The position numbers were made by a program, and so were the translations under genes. From Candidatus Moraniibacteriota bacterium (GTDB lineage Bacteria > Patescibacteriota > Minisyncoccia > Moranbacterales > DUUL01): a stretch of 64,000 nucleotides of DNA. The notes under the pieces are model-generated. The model worked only from the letters and a program-made list of their open reading frames with translations, made no database searches and had not been told where the DNA came from. The DNA lies in NCBI GenBank assembly GCA_041583775.1, contig JBFHFF010000005.1:43988-107987 (forward strand). Reading direction: 5' to 3'. Positions 36,047-44,854 of the stretch are shown one piece after another. How positions within the stretch are numbered: position 1 is the stretch's first letter; every line of letters begins with the position of its first letter.

Positions 36047-36269
36047 CCAAATGGGTTTGCGGAGAGAAATTTCGGATATCCGTTGTTAAATGAAATTGGC
36101 TAAACGGTTAGTTTAATTCCGATGAATAATGATATTAAAATCACTAAATGATAATCTAAGTTAATCGCGAGCCAACCTCACTTAACAGGTTGTATATGGT
36201 TTCGCAGAAAAGAAAATCACAAATATTCTTTTAAAATTAAATAGTCTTTTTTTGAAATTTTTTTAGGAA

Positions 36270-36306
36270 AGAAAAAGCCCCACGATTTTATAATTCTCGT
36301 GAGGCT
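36270..36306 (-). terminator. Rho-independent terminator for minus-strand gene 36336..36602
   Basis: gccccacga / tcgtgaggc stem with T-run on minus strand (plus-strand gaaaaag). Confidence 0.5.
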
Positions 36307-36335
36307 CATTTGGCAACGTAGCGAGCGGGTACGCC

Positions 36336-36602
36336 CTAGTGGATGACTTCGGGGATTTTGCCCGCGCGAACGTCAGCTTCGGTTAAAAGTTCGTAGTATT
36401 TACCCTTTTCCGTGCTACCTGGCTCCGAGAAAATCGGCGTCATGTCTTCTTCTCCGTCGGCAAATCTGATCACAAAACATGGTCGCGGTTCTTTGTTTTC
36501 TGGAGTAGACATGTTTACCCCGATAACCTCGGCGGGCGTACCCGCTCTGAATGAATACCGATGCGTACCGACTAAAAAAAGCTTTTCCTGCTTATCTGCC
36601 AT
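36336..36602 (-). CDS. Hypothetical 88-aa protein in a locally GC-rich (about 50%) segment
   Basis: Strong SD (aaggagga 7 nt before ATG at 36602), own terminator; codon composition far more GC-rich than neighbours (e.g. GGTACGCCC, GCCCGCGCG). Confidence 0.55.
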   Translation of the reverse strand: MADKQEKLFLVGTHRYSFRAGTPAEVIGVNMSTPENKEPRPCFVIRFADGEEDMTPIFSEPGSTEKGKYYELLTEADVRAGKIPEVIH

Positions 36603-36847
36603 TGTGAATCCTCCTTGTTTATAGGGTCTTTTATATTTTTGCCAGAATTATTACTGACAGTCTATTAAAGCATATTTTATTATAAATGTCCAGTGCTATG
36701 AACAAAAAATTTCAAAAAAAGACTAAAATTAAGGAAAATATTTGTGATTTTCTTTTCTGCTCCACCCAAATTTTCAAAATGAATATAATTTTTATAAGGT
36801 ATTTTGAAAACTTCAGATACAACAGATGTTATACGGAGTTCCGCGGA

Positions 36848-36945
36848 GCGCAACGGAGTGTGACAGCGGAGATATACGCGCACGTTATTCGCAATGGAGC
36901 GTAGCGTAATTGCGAATAACGTATCGGCATCATCTGAAGTTGCGC
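36848..36945. ncRNA. Candidate structured noncoding element: outer 7-bp stem gcgcaac/gttgcgc enclosing a perfect 14-bp hairpin (acgttattcgcaat-13nt loop-attgcgaataacgt) and four GGAG motifs
   Basis: Seen directly in sequence 36848-36854/36939-36945 and 36882-36895/36909-36922; overlapping ORFs on both strands look non-coding. Confidence 0.3.
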
Positions 36946-37216
36946 CCATTTTTATGGACTAAAACTTCAAATATCCGTCTTTCCTAATTATATCACTAAA
37001 CTTTGCCATATCACAACGCAATTTGGGAGAGGAAATTTTGCTTTCCTTGATTATTAAAAGTGTAAAATTTCTGAACCAGATATGCCGTGTTAGCTGATGT
37101 ATTTTTTTGTCTTCTTCTCTATTGGCACAAACTTTGTTTATTCTAAAAGAAAATTTGATTTTTGTTTTGGATTTTTGGCAGAGGGGTCAGGGGTGAATTC
37201 CCAAAATCAAAAACTC

Positions 37217-38089
37217 CTAATTACAATTATGTTTTATCTTGGATACACCATTATTATAATAAGACAAGTTCTTGCTTTTTAGTAAAAGTTCAACATTTTT
37301 ACCATTAGTAATTTTTTTCTTTTTTAAAATTGCTTTCTTCGGTTCTGGTTCGTGGTGAGTCAAGAGTCCCATTTTTGACCAATACATATTCCTTATCCAA
37401 TAACCATTCTCATCAATATGGCTATGCACGGGTATCCTATCTTTCAAATTTAATAATTTTTGAATTGCTGTTTTTCGGGCAACTCCTCCATAATTTTCCT
37501 CATTGCTCACAGCTTTCAAATATTTTGCGTATAACAATTTTTCTAACATTACATTTCCACCTTTTTGATACAGAAATAACTCTTCGTATTTTTTAAAAAA
37601 ATCGCCGTAGTTAATCGGAAACATTTTATATTTCGTAGCCCATTTCAAATCAAGTACAAAAAAATCTACAGCCATTCCAAAATCCCTTATTTCGTTTCGC
37701 TCAGGAAGTCCCCAAGGACAAGTAGCTAAATATAAATTGTTCTCTTTCATTTTTCTTAAGATTTTTTCAACATAATCTGGCTTGATGAGCCAAGTGTCTG
37801 AAGCTAAAACAATAACATAATCAATATTTTTGTATTTTTTCTGAAATGTTTTGATTCCAGCATCAATTAAATCAGATGCGCCTTGAAAATGCCAGCTATT
37901 TTCCAATGTCACTAAATCATTTTCCAGATATTTTTTTGCGTACCAATTTTTCTCACCATTAAAAGTATGGATTATTTTTATATCTTCAAAATGTTTGGGT
38001 TTTTCCCAAACATTCCTAATGATGTCCATATTTATTCTGGCATCATCCGTTCTATTGTATGTGTAGATTAAAACTCCGATATTTTTCAT
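37217..38089 (-). CDS. Hypothetical protein, possibly GT-A-like glycosyltransferase (290 aa)
   Basis: N-terminus IGVLIYTYNRTDDARINMDII resembles GT2-type beta1-alpha1 start; otherwise unrecognised. Confidence 0.3.
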   Translation of the reverse strand: MKNIGVLIYTYNRTDDARINMDIIRNVWEKPKHFEDIKIIHTFNGEKNWYAKKYLENDLVTLENSWHFQGASDLIDAGIKTFQKKYKNIDYVIVLASDTWLIKPDYVEKILRKMKENNLYLATCPWGLPERNEIRDFGMAVDFFVLDLKWATKYKMFPINYGDFFKKYEELFLYQKGGNVMLEKLLYAKYLKAVSNEENYGGVARKTAIQKLLNLKDRIPVHSHIDENGYWIRNMYWSKMGLLTHHEPEPKKAILKKKKITNGKNVELLLKSKNLSYYNNGVSKIKHNCN

Positions 38090-38405
38090 AACTTCTTAAG
38101 ATTAAATCGTTTTTCTTCCTCTTATAAAAAAATATAAAAAAGAAAAACTTTTTAATACCCCTCTATAAAATAATAAAAAATCAAATTTTCGTCTTTATTT
38201 AACGCACTTAGCGCTTGATTTCAGTATAGATAAAAAACTTATTTCGCACAACATTCGAGATTAAGAGAAGTTTTGTCGAAGACAAAATTTGGATGGAGCC
38301 TGCAAGGCGGAATCTCTAAATCCTTGTTATACGTTTTTTCTGCAAGAAAAAATCGCGAAATGAAATGAAGCGACAGTATGACTCAGACATTTTTTCTAAC
38401 TAAAG

Positions 38406-39185
38406 TTAAAGAACACGCCACGGTTTTTTTGTATCTATAAATTCTACATCAAGCTCAGGAAATTTCTTTTTAAGAAGTTCAAATAAATTTATCATTCCAG
38501 GTTTTTCTGAATAATATCCTCCAACATCTATGATTGGTAAATCTATTTCAGTTGCATATCTTGCTCTACCATCAGCAATATCTCCTGAAATAAGAACATC
38601 TGCTCCTTTTTTCTTTACATATTCAATCATTTCTATTAGTGAATTCCCAGAACCTGAAATTACAGCAACTTTATTTATTGTTTTATTATCTTCATTAGAA
38701 GTTAATAATAAATTTGGACAATTCAATTTATCTTTTACAATTTGAACAAACTCAATTAAAGAAGTTGGTGCAATTTCTCCAACTCTTCCGTAAGGAATTT
38801 TAATTACATTTTGAAGATTGAATAATTTAACCAAAGTCTCATTATTTCCTTCTTTTGCATCATCCCATTGTGAATGATATCTATAAACAAGAATATTATT
38901 TTCAGATAAAATTCTTTTCCTTTCAGAATTTGGCAAAAAGGTTAATTCTTCTTTTGGGATGATTGCACTTTTCTCTGAATGAAATAATGGTTCATGTGTT
39001 ATAAGAAAATCAATCTTATTTTGAGCAGATTGTTTTAAAACATCAACCGTTGCTCTCCAAGTAACACCAATTTTTTTGATGTCTTTTGATTTCTCTCCAA
39101 AAATAAAATCAAATTCTTCACCTTTATAAGCAAGTGATTTTGGAGCTAATTCTTCTAAGTATTTTGAAATTTCCTGAGCGTTCAT
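38406..39185 (-). CDS. NIF3/YqfO-family dinuclear metal-centre protein
   Basis: IDFLITHEPLFH (ITHxP motif), length 259 aa, C-terminal GDI..GR region; family assignment moderately confident. Confidence 0.5.
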   Translation of the reverse strand: MNAQEISKYLEELAPKSLAYKGEEFDFIFGEKSKDIKKIGVTWRATVDVLKQSAQNKIDFLITHEPLFHSEKSAIIPKEELTFLPNSERKRILSENNILVYRYHSQWDDAKEGNNETLVKLFNLQNVIKIPYGRVGEIAPTSLIEFVQIVKDKLNCPNLLLTSNEDNKTINKVAVISGSGNSLIEMIEYVKKKGADVLISGDIADGRARYATEIDLPIIDVGGYYSEKPGMINLFELLKKKFPELDVEFIDTKKPWRVL

Positions 39186-39405
39186 ATTATTATTAAAGTG
39201 GAGTCTTCTTATATATAATTTTCTAAAAATGTCTGAGTCATATTGCGTATAACGTTTCCGAATATGAGAAGTTTTTGCCCGCTTCCTAATTATATTTCAA
39301 AAGAAGAAAAGGGCAAAAATTTGGGTTGAGAAAAATTTGTATTCCTTGATTTATATAATTGCGCAAATTTTTTGAACCTCATATTCGGTGTTGTGCGATG
39401 TTGTT

Positions 39406-40089
39406 CTAATTTTTTAATTCCTTAAGTTTTTGATCCCACCACTCTTTTACAGCATTTACATGTGCCTTATGCCCAACTTTTCGGAAATACTCAAATTTCT
39501 CTTCAAAAACTTCATGATGTTTTTTTAAGTTTTCGGGACTTTGCAACGCCCACAATGAATGTTTTAGCTCCGCACTTTCTTTTTTCGCCAAGTAATCAAC
39601 TGGCAGGTATCTATTTGCCGATACATCAAAATCTATGGGCACCACTAGAAAATTATAATTTTTATCCAATATTTTTTTAGCAAGAACTTTGATTCGCTTC
39701 TCACGTGTTTGTTCGCAGAAGATGAAAAAATTGGCTTTTTTAACTTTTCTTTTCTGAATTATTTTATTACTGTTTAATAAATTTTCCAAAGTTGAAAGAG
39801 AATTGTTTTCTGGAATAAAAAGCCAATTTTTGGTTATCGGATTTAAAAATGGTCGTTCTTTGATAATAGCACTAAACAATTTTATCATTTCATCGGCTTC
39901 AGTGCGTTTGTATGGCTTTATCATATCTGTTTCGCCGCCACAAGTAATGATTATCGGTTTACTAATTTTGTTTTTTACAACAAAACCATAGATCTTGTTA
40001 AAGACCATTTTTAAATAAAAATTATAATTTTCGTCTTTCAAAATATTCTTAGGAACTCCGTACCCGAAAACTAAAAAAACATCATTCAT
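39406..40089 (-). CDS. Hypothetical protein, possibly DUF218/YdcF-like
   Basis: PIIITCGGETD...KRTEADEM reminiscent of DUF218 core; weak. Confidence 0.3.
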   Translation of the reverse strand: MNDVFLVFGYGVPKNILKDENYNFYLKMVFNKIYGFVVKNKISKPIIITCGGETDMIKPYKRTEADEMIKLFSAIIKERPFLNPITKNWLFIPENNSLSTLENLLNSNKIIQKRKVKKANFFIFCEQTREKRIKVLAKKILDKNYNFLVVPIDFDVSANRYLPVDYLAKKESAELKHSLWALQSPENLKKHHEVFEEKFEYFRKVGHKAHVNAVKEWWDQKLKELKN

Positions 40090-40164
40090 ATATTTGATAA
40101 AAAATTAGAACAATTTCGCACAACTCGTTAGTATCTGAACTTACTGTTGTATAATATACTCTAC

Positions 40165-40193
40165 TTGTATGTTATACGAACTTTTAGTATAAT
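40165..40193 (+). promoter_or_regulatory. Promoter candidate for xerD-like gene (TTGTAT-N17-TATAAT)
   Basis: ttgtat 40165-40170, tataat 40188-40193, about 33 nt upstream of ATG 40227. Confidence 0.3.
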
Positions 40194-40226
40194 GTAATTA
40201 TCGCTAATTCATGAGTTAAATATAGC

Positions 40227-41060
40227 ATGAATTCCATGAAGCTTCAAGAGTTGTTGCAAAAAATAGAAAACGAATTAAAATTGCGAAACTATAGTCACAA
40301 AACCATCAAGAGCTATCTTGGCTGCCTTTCGGATTATTTTAAATACATAAAAATCATCAAGAAAGATCCTGAAGTAGCGACTATCAAAAATTATTTACTC
40401 GAAAAACAGGAAAGGGGTCAATCCTCTCAAACCATCAATCTCCACCTCAATGCCATTAAATATCTTTATCGAGAAATTTTTAAAAATAATGTTCCAATAG
40501 ACATAAAATTTGCCAAAATATCCAATAAACTGCCCGTGATTCTGTCGCGCGGTGAAATTGGAAAAATAATCAATTCTATTACCAACAAAAAGCATCGTCT
40601 TCTTGTCTCTCTGTCATATGGCGCAGGCTTTCGAGTCAGCGAAACAATTAACTTGAAAATTAAAGATATTAATCCAGAAGAATTAACCATTCATATTAAA
40701 GAAGCAAAAGGCAAGAAAGATAGGCTGACTATATTTCCAGAAAAAGTACTGTCTAATTTGAAAGAAATTATCGCACTGCGCGACAAAAATGATTTTGTTT
40801 TTACTAGTAATCGTGGTGGAAAATTGACCCAGCGTTCAGCACAAAAGATTTTTGAAACTGCTTTGAAAAATGCCAATATAAATAAAGATGCAACATTTCA
40901 TTCATTGAGGCATTCATTCGCAACCCATCTCTTGGAAAACGGAACCGATGTGCGATATGTACAAGAGCTTCTTGGACATGCCAATATTAGAACGACTCAA
41001 ATTTATACTAAGGTAACTAATCCAGCTTTGCGAAAAATTAAAAGTCCACTTGATTTGTGA
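40227..41060 (+). CDS. Tyrosine recombinase, XerD/XerC-like
   Basis: Catalytic R (GFRVSET), HSLRHSFATHLL (H-x-x-R), LGHANIRTTQIYTKV (H...Y) all present; followed by scpA-scpB as in streptococcal xerD-scpA-scpB operons. Confidence 0.75.
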   Translation: MNSMKLQELLQKIENELKLRNYSHKTIKSYLGCLSDYFKYIKIIKKDPEVATIKNYLLEKQERGQSSQTINLHLNAIKYLYREIFKNNVPIDIKFAKISNKLPVILSRGEIGKIINSITNKKHRLLVSLSYGAGFRVSETINLKIKDINPEELTIHIKEAKGKKDRLTIFPEKVLSNLKEIIALRDKNDFVFTSNRGGKLTQRSAQKIFETALKNANINKDATFHSLRHSFATHLLENGTDVRYVQELLGHANIRTTQIYTKVTNPALRKIKSPLDL

Positions 41061-41207
41061 GGATTATATTCTAATACAAGGTTATTTATTACCTATATGT
41101 TAAATTTTGTTATAAAAAGTAAGAGACTCTTTCTTTATAAATCAAAAAAAGTTTGCTATACTGACTAGGTATTGGTTTAAAAAGTGAAGTTATGAGGATA
41201 GAAACAG

Positions 41208-41921
41208 ATGTATCAAATTAAAACAACACAATTTGAAGGCCCATTGAGTTTGCTTTTGGAGCTTTTTGAGAAGCAGAAACTTGATGTCACAAAAGTTTCT
41301 TTGGCCCAGGTTGCCGATGACTATTTGGCACATCTGGAAGATGGGAAGAATGCTGACTTGGCTAATCTTAGCGAATTTTTGTTGATAGCATCATCTTTAC
41401 TCTTGATTAAATCCAAGGCATTGTTGCCTCTTTTTGAGTTCTCTGAGGAAGAGGAAGAAGAAATTAAAGACCTAGAGGAGAGATTAAAAGAGTATCAAAA
41501 ATTCAAACAAGCGGCGGAGAGAATTGAACGAATTTATAAAATTGAAAGAGTTTGTTTCTCAAAAGAGCCTCAGAATAAACTTGAGACTGGATTTGTTTCC
41601 CCAGGTATCAATAAGGAAGAATTGAGAAATCTTTTTTTTAGTGTTTTAAAAGAAATTCCAACAAAAAAAGAGTTGGTAGAAGAGATAATGGAAGAGATTG
41701 TTAGTTTGGAGGAGAAGATGTTGCACTTGAAATATTCGATTGAGAAGCGTGCTAGAGTAGCTTTTACAGAAACAATTGCTACAGCAAAAGATAAAATTGA
41801 AGTTATAGTGACTTTTTTGGCGATGCTTGAAATGATTAAACAAAAAACACTTGTTGTTTCACAAAAGGAATTATTTGGAGAGATTATGATGGAATCTAAG
41901 AGGGCGGATATAATAGCGTAA
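41208..41921 (+). CDS. scpA: Segregation and condensation protein A
   Basis: FEGPLSLLLELFEKQKLDVTKVSLAQVADDYLAHL matches ScpA N-terminal kleisin motif. Confidence 0.8.
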   Translation: MYQIKTTQFEGPLSLLLELFEKQKLDVTKVSLAQVADDYLAHLEDGKNADLANLSEFLLIASSLLLIKSKALLPLFEFSEEEEEEIKDLEERLKEYQKFKQAAERIERIYKIERVCFSKEPQNKLETGFVSPGINKEELRNLFFSVLKEIPTKKELVEEIMEEIVSLEEKMLHLKYSIEKRARVAFTETIATAKDKIEVIVTFLAMLEMIKQKTLVVSQKELFGEIMMESKRADIIA

Positions 41922-42009
41922 GTTAAGAGTTGATGATGAGTCGTTGTGGTTTTGTAAAGGTGATAAATAATTAGATAATAGAGTTAATTGGTATTTCTAA
42001 AAATGGCCT

Positions 42010-42570
42010 ATGAATGATAAATGTGCAAAAATTGAAGCAATTTTATTTGCTTGTGGTGATCCAGTTGATACCGGACGACTTGCAGATTTTTTAAAAATTT
42101 CTAAAAAAGAAATAGAGGCAGAGATTGCCAACCTAAGAGATGCCTATACTGATGGTAAAAGTGGCTTGCAAATTATAACCAAAGGAAATACAATTCAACT
42201 AGTGTCTAATAGTCGATTTGGAAAGGTTGTTGCAAGTTTTTTGAATAAAAATATAAATGAGCCACTAACGAAAGCTGCACTTGAAGTTCTCTCAATAATT
42301 GCATATCGGGGTCCTATCGCAAGGTCGCAAGTTGATTATATCAGAGGTGTTAATTGTAGTTTTATGATTCGTAATTTGGCGATTCGAGGCTTAATTGAGA
42401 AGGTTGAGAATCCCAACAGTACCCGTTCCTATCTATATAGCGTAAGCTATGATTTTCTTAAGAGTATGGGTATTGAAAAAATAGAGCAGTTGGCAGATTA
42501 TGAGATATTGAGTAAAACAGAGATTAATAATGTCACAATGAAGACAACTGATGAAGTGTCGGATAGATAG
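42010..42570 (+). CDS. scpB: Segregation and condensation protein B
   Basis: IEAILFACGDPVDTGRLADFL...LEVLSIIAYRGPIARSQVDYIRGVN tandem winged-helix ScpB pattern. Confidence 0.8.
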   Translation: MNDKCAKIEAILFACGDPVDTGRLADFLKISKKEIEAEIANLRDAYTDGKSGLQIITKGNTIQLVSNSRFGKVVASFLNKNINEPLTKAALEVLSIIAYRGPIARSQVDYIRGVNCSFMIRNLAIRGLIEKVENPNSTRSYLYSVSYDFLKSMGIEKIEQLADYEILSKTEINNVTMKTTDEVSDR

Positions 42571-42597
42571 TTGAGACTAAAGGAAAAAACAATAAAT

Positions 42598-43695
42598 ATG
42601 AAGTTTAAAAAAAGGGGAGTTTTGAGAAAAATAAGTTCGATGAATGTTATAAGCGCAGTGTTGATCGTGGTGTCTGTTTTGGTTTGGCTTGATTTTTTTC
42701 CAAATCTTTCAGTTTGGAAAACTGAGAGACTTGCAGCTTTTATGCCCAACAACTCTGATTTGGGAGAAAAAAGACAGCTTAATTTAGATGAGTATAACGA
42801 AGAACAGAACAAGGAAAATAAAGAGTTTATGACCTTTGACCAATTAGTCGTTTCTGTTCCTGATGCTCCAGTGAAGGTTCCAGAAGCTGGGGACACCTAT
42901 ATGCGAGCAAGAAGTGCGATTGCGATCGATGCCGATGCTGGGACGATTTTGCATTATCAAAACGGAAATAGGCGAATGGCAATAGCCTCTCTAACAAAAG
43001 TGATGACTGCAATTGTTGCCATAGAAAATATAGAAGACTTAAATAAGGAAGTTGTTACAATTGATGAGGAGATAAGGTTTACGGACGGAACCATTGTTGG
43101 ATGCCCCAGGAGTGGTTATTGTATTTCAAATAGATTGCAAATCGGTGAAAAAATCAGTGCCAGATCTTTGCTTGAGGCAATGTTAATGAACAGTGCAAAC
43201 GACGCTGCAGTTGCTTTAGGAAAACACATTTCTGGTTCTCAGGCTGAATTTGCAAAACTGATGAATAAAAAAGCTCGTGAAATTGGCCTAAGCGATTCAA
43301 ATTTTTGCAATCCCTCTGGTCTTGATGAGGAAAATAAACCTGGAGGTTGTTATTCAACCGCGTATGATTTTGCAAGAATTTCGGCATATGCATTGAAATA
43401 TCCTTTGATTTGGGAAATTATGAAATATGAAACTAAAGATATTAGTTCAATAGATGGTACAATATCTCATAAAATCATAAATACAGATCTTTTACTTGGT
43501 CAATTGCCAGATGTTGTTGGGGGTAAGACTGGTTTTACATATGAAGCCGGAAAATCACTTATGATGACAGCACATCACCCAGATGACCCTAGTAAGAAAG
43601 TAATAGTAGTTGTTCTCGATGATAATTATCGTTGGGAGGATATGAAGAAAATGTTTACTTGGGTTTTTCAAGCATATAATTGGCCAAAAAAATAA
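42598..43695 (+). CDS. D-alanyl-D-alanine carboxypeptidase (peptidase S11, low-MW PBP)
   Basis: Signal anchor, SLTK (SxxK), SAND (SxN), KTGFT (KTG) motifs. Confidence 0.75.
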   Translation: MKFKKRGVLRKISSMNVISAVLIVVSVLVWLDFFPNLSVWKTERLAAFMPNNSDLGEKRQLNLDEYNEEQNKENKEFMTFDQLVVSVPDAPVKVPEAGDTYMRARSAIAIDADAGTILHYQNGNRRMAIASLTKVMTAIVAIENIEDLNKEVVTIDEEIRFTDGTIVGCPRSGYCISNRLQIGEKISARSLLEAMLMNSANDAAVALGKHISGSQAEFAKLMNKKAREIGLSDSNFCNPSGLDEENKPGGCYSTAYDFARISAYALKYPLIWEIMKYETKDISSIDGTISHKIINTDLLLGQLPDVVGGKTGFTYEAGKSLMMTAHHPDDPSKKVIVVVLDDNYRWEDMKKMFTWVFQAYNWPKK

Positions 43696-43696
43696 A

Positions 43697-44797
43697 ATGA
43701 ATATTGCACAAATTCAAACACTTCCCGAGGTTTTAGTGGCTATTAAAATTTTGACTCTGGCATTAGCTTCATTTGTTTTGGCTATGGCACTTACACCAAT
43801 TCTGGCACATTTTTTATATAAATATAAAATTGGAATCCGCATTAAAAGTAATTCGGTTTTAGGAGATAAACTTTCTGTTGTTAGTAAGTTGCATGCTCAC
43901 AAGGGTGGTACTCCAACTATGGGCGGTATTTTAATTTGGGGTACAGTTTTTATTTTGGCTTTTGTGATGTATTATTTGGCGCCATTTCTTTCAGAAAAAC
44001 TACAAACAGTTTGGATTGGAAGATTGGATTTTGTAAGTAGAAGTCAAACCTGGTTACCTTTGTTAGCTCTTGGTACAACAGCGATTTTAGGACTTGTGGA
44101 TGACTGGATGAGTATTCGAAGGATTGGTTCAAATAAAGGTGGGGGGATGAGATTTGCTTGGCGACTGATTTGGCTTATAGGCATCTCTTTGGTTGGAGCC
44201 TGGTGGTTTTATAATAAGCTTGGATGGGATACATTTCACATTCCAGCAATTGGAGATTTTGCTATTGGTTTTTGGTATATTCCTTTATTTGTTTTTGTGA
44301 TTGTGATGACGGCAATCTCTTCAAATGAAACGGATGGACTCGATGGTTTGAATGCCGGAATTCTAGGACAAGCATTCACTGCATTCGCAATTATTTCAGT
44401 ATTTCAAGGGAGAATGAATTTGGCAGCTTTTTGCGCTGTGATTGCAGGTGCAACTTTTGCATTTTTGTGGTTTAATTTTTATCCAGCGAGGTTTATGATG
44501 GGAGACACGGGGGCAATTTCCTTGGGTGCAACCCTTGGGGTCGTCGCACTTTTGACCAACTCGGTCGTCGCACTCCCTTTTATTGTTAGTGTGTATTGTT
44601 TTGAATCAATTTCTGTTGCGATTCAACTTATTTCAAAAAAGTTTTTCAAAAAGAAAGTTTTTTTAGCAGCACCAATTCATCATCATTTTGAAGCCAAGGG
44701 TTGGCACGAAACAAAAGTGACTGTGAGGTTTTGGATTATCAATGCTGCGATAGGGCTTATTGGACTGTTGATTGGAATTATTGGCTCTGGTGGTTAG
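43697..44797 (+). CDS. mraY: Phospho-N-acetylmuramoyl-pentapeptide transferase
   Basis: KGGTPTMGGILIW, LGLVDDWMSIRR, NETDGLDGL, APIHHHFEAKGWHETKVTVRFW conserved MraY motifs. Confidence 0.9.
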   Translation: MNIAQIQTLPEVLVAIKILTLALASFVLAMALTPILAHFLYKYKIGIRIKSNSVLGDKLSVVSKLHAHKGGTPTMGGILIWGTVFILAFVMYYLAPFLSEKLQTVWIGRLDFVSRSQTWLPLLALGTTAILGLVDDWMSIRRIGSNKGGGMRFAWRLIWLIGISLVGAWWFYNKLGWDTFHIPAIGDFAIGFWYIPLFVFVIVMTAISSNETDGLDGLNAGILGQAFTAFAIISVFQGRMNLAAFCAVIAGATFAFLWFNFYPARFMMGDTGAISLGATLGVVALLTNSVVALPFIVSVYCFESISVAIQLISKKFFKKKVFLAAPIHHHFEAKGWHETKVTVRFWIINAAIGLIGLLIGIIGSGG

Positions 44798-44854
44798 AAG
44801 AGATGCTGTTTGAAAATTCTGAATAGATAATTTTAAATAAGTAAAATAAGTAAA

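Noticed and set aside
36680-36949. Overlapping ORFs 36680..36949 (-) and 36686..36904 (+) as protein-coding genes
   Set aside because: They overlap each other almost completely, switch from GC-rich to AT-rich composition mid-ORF, lack RBS, and their translations are low-complexity; they are better explained by a structured non-coding element.
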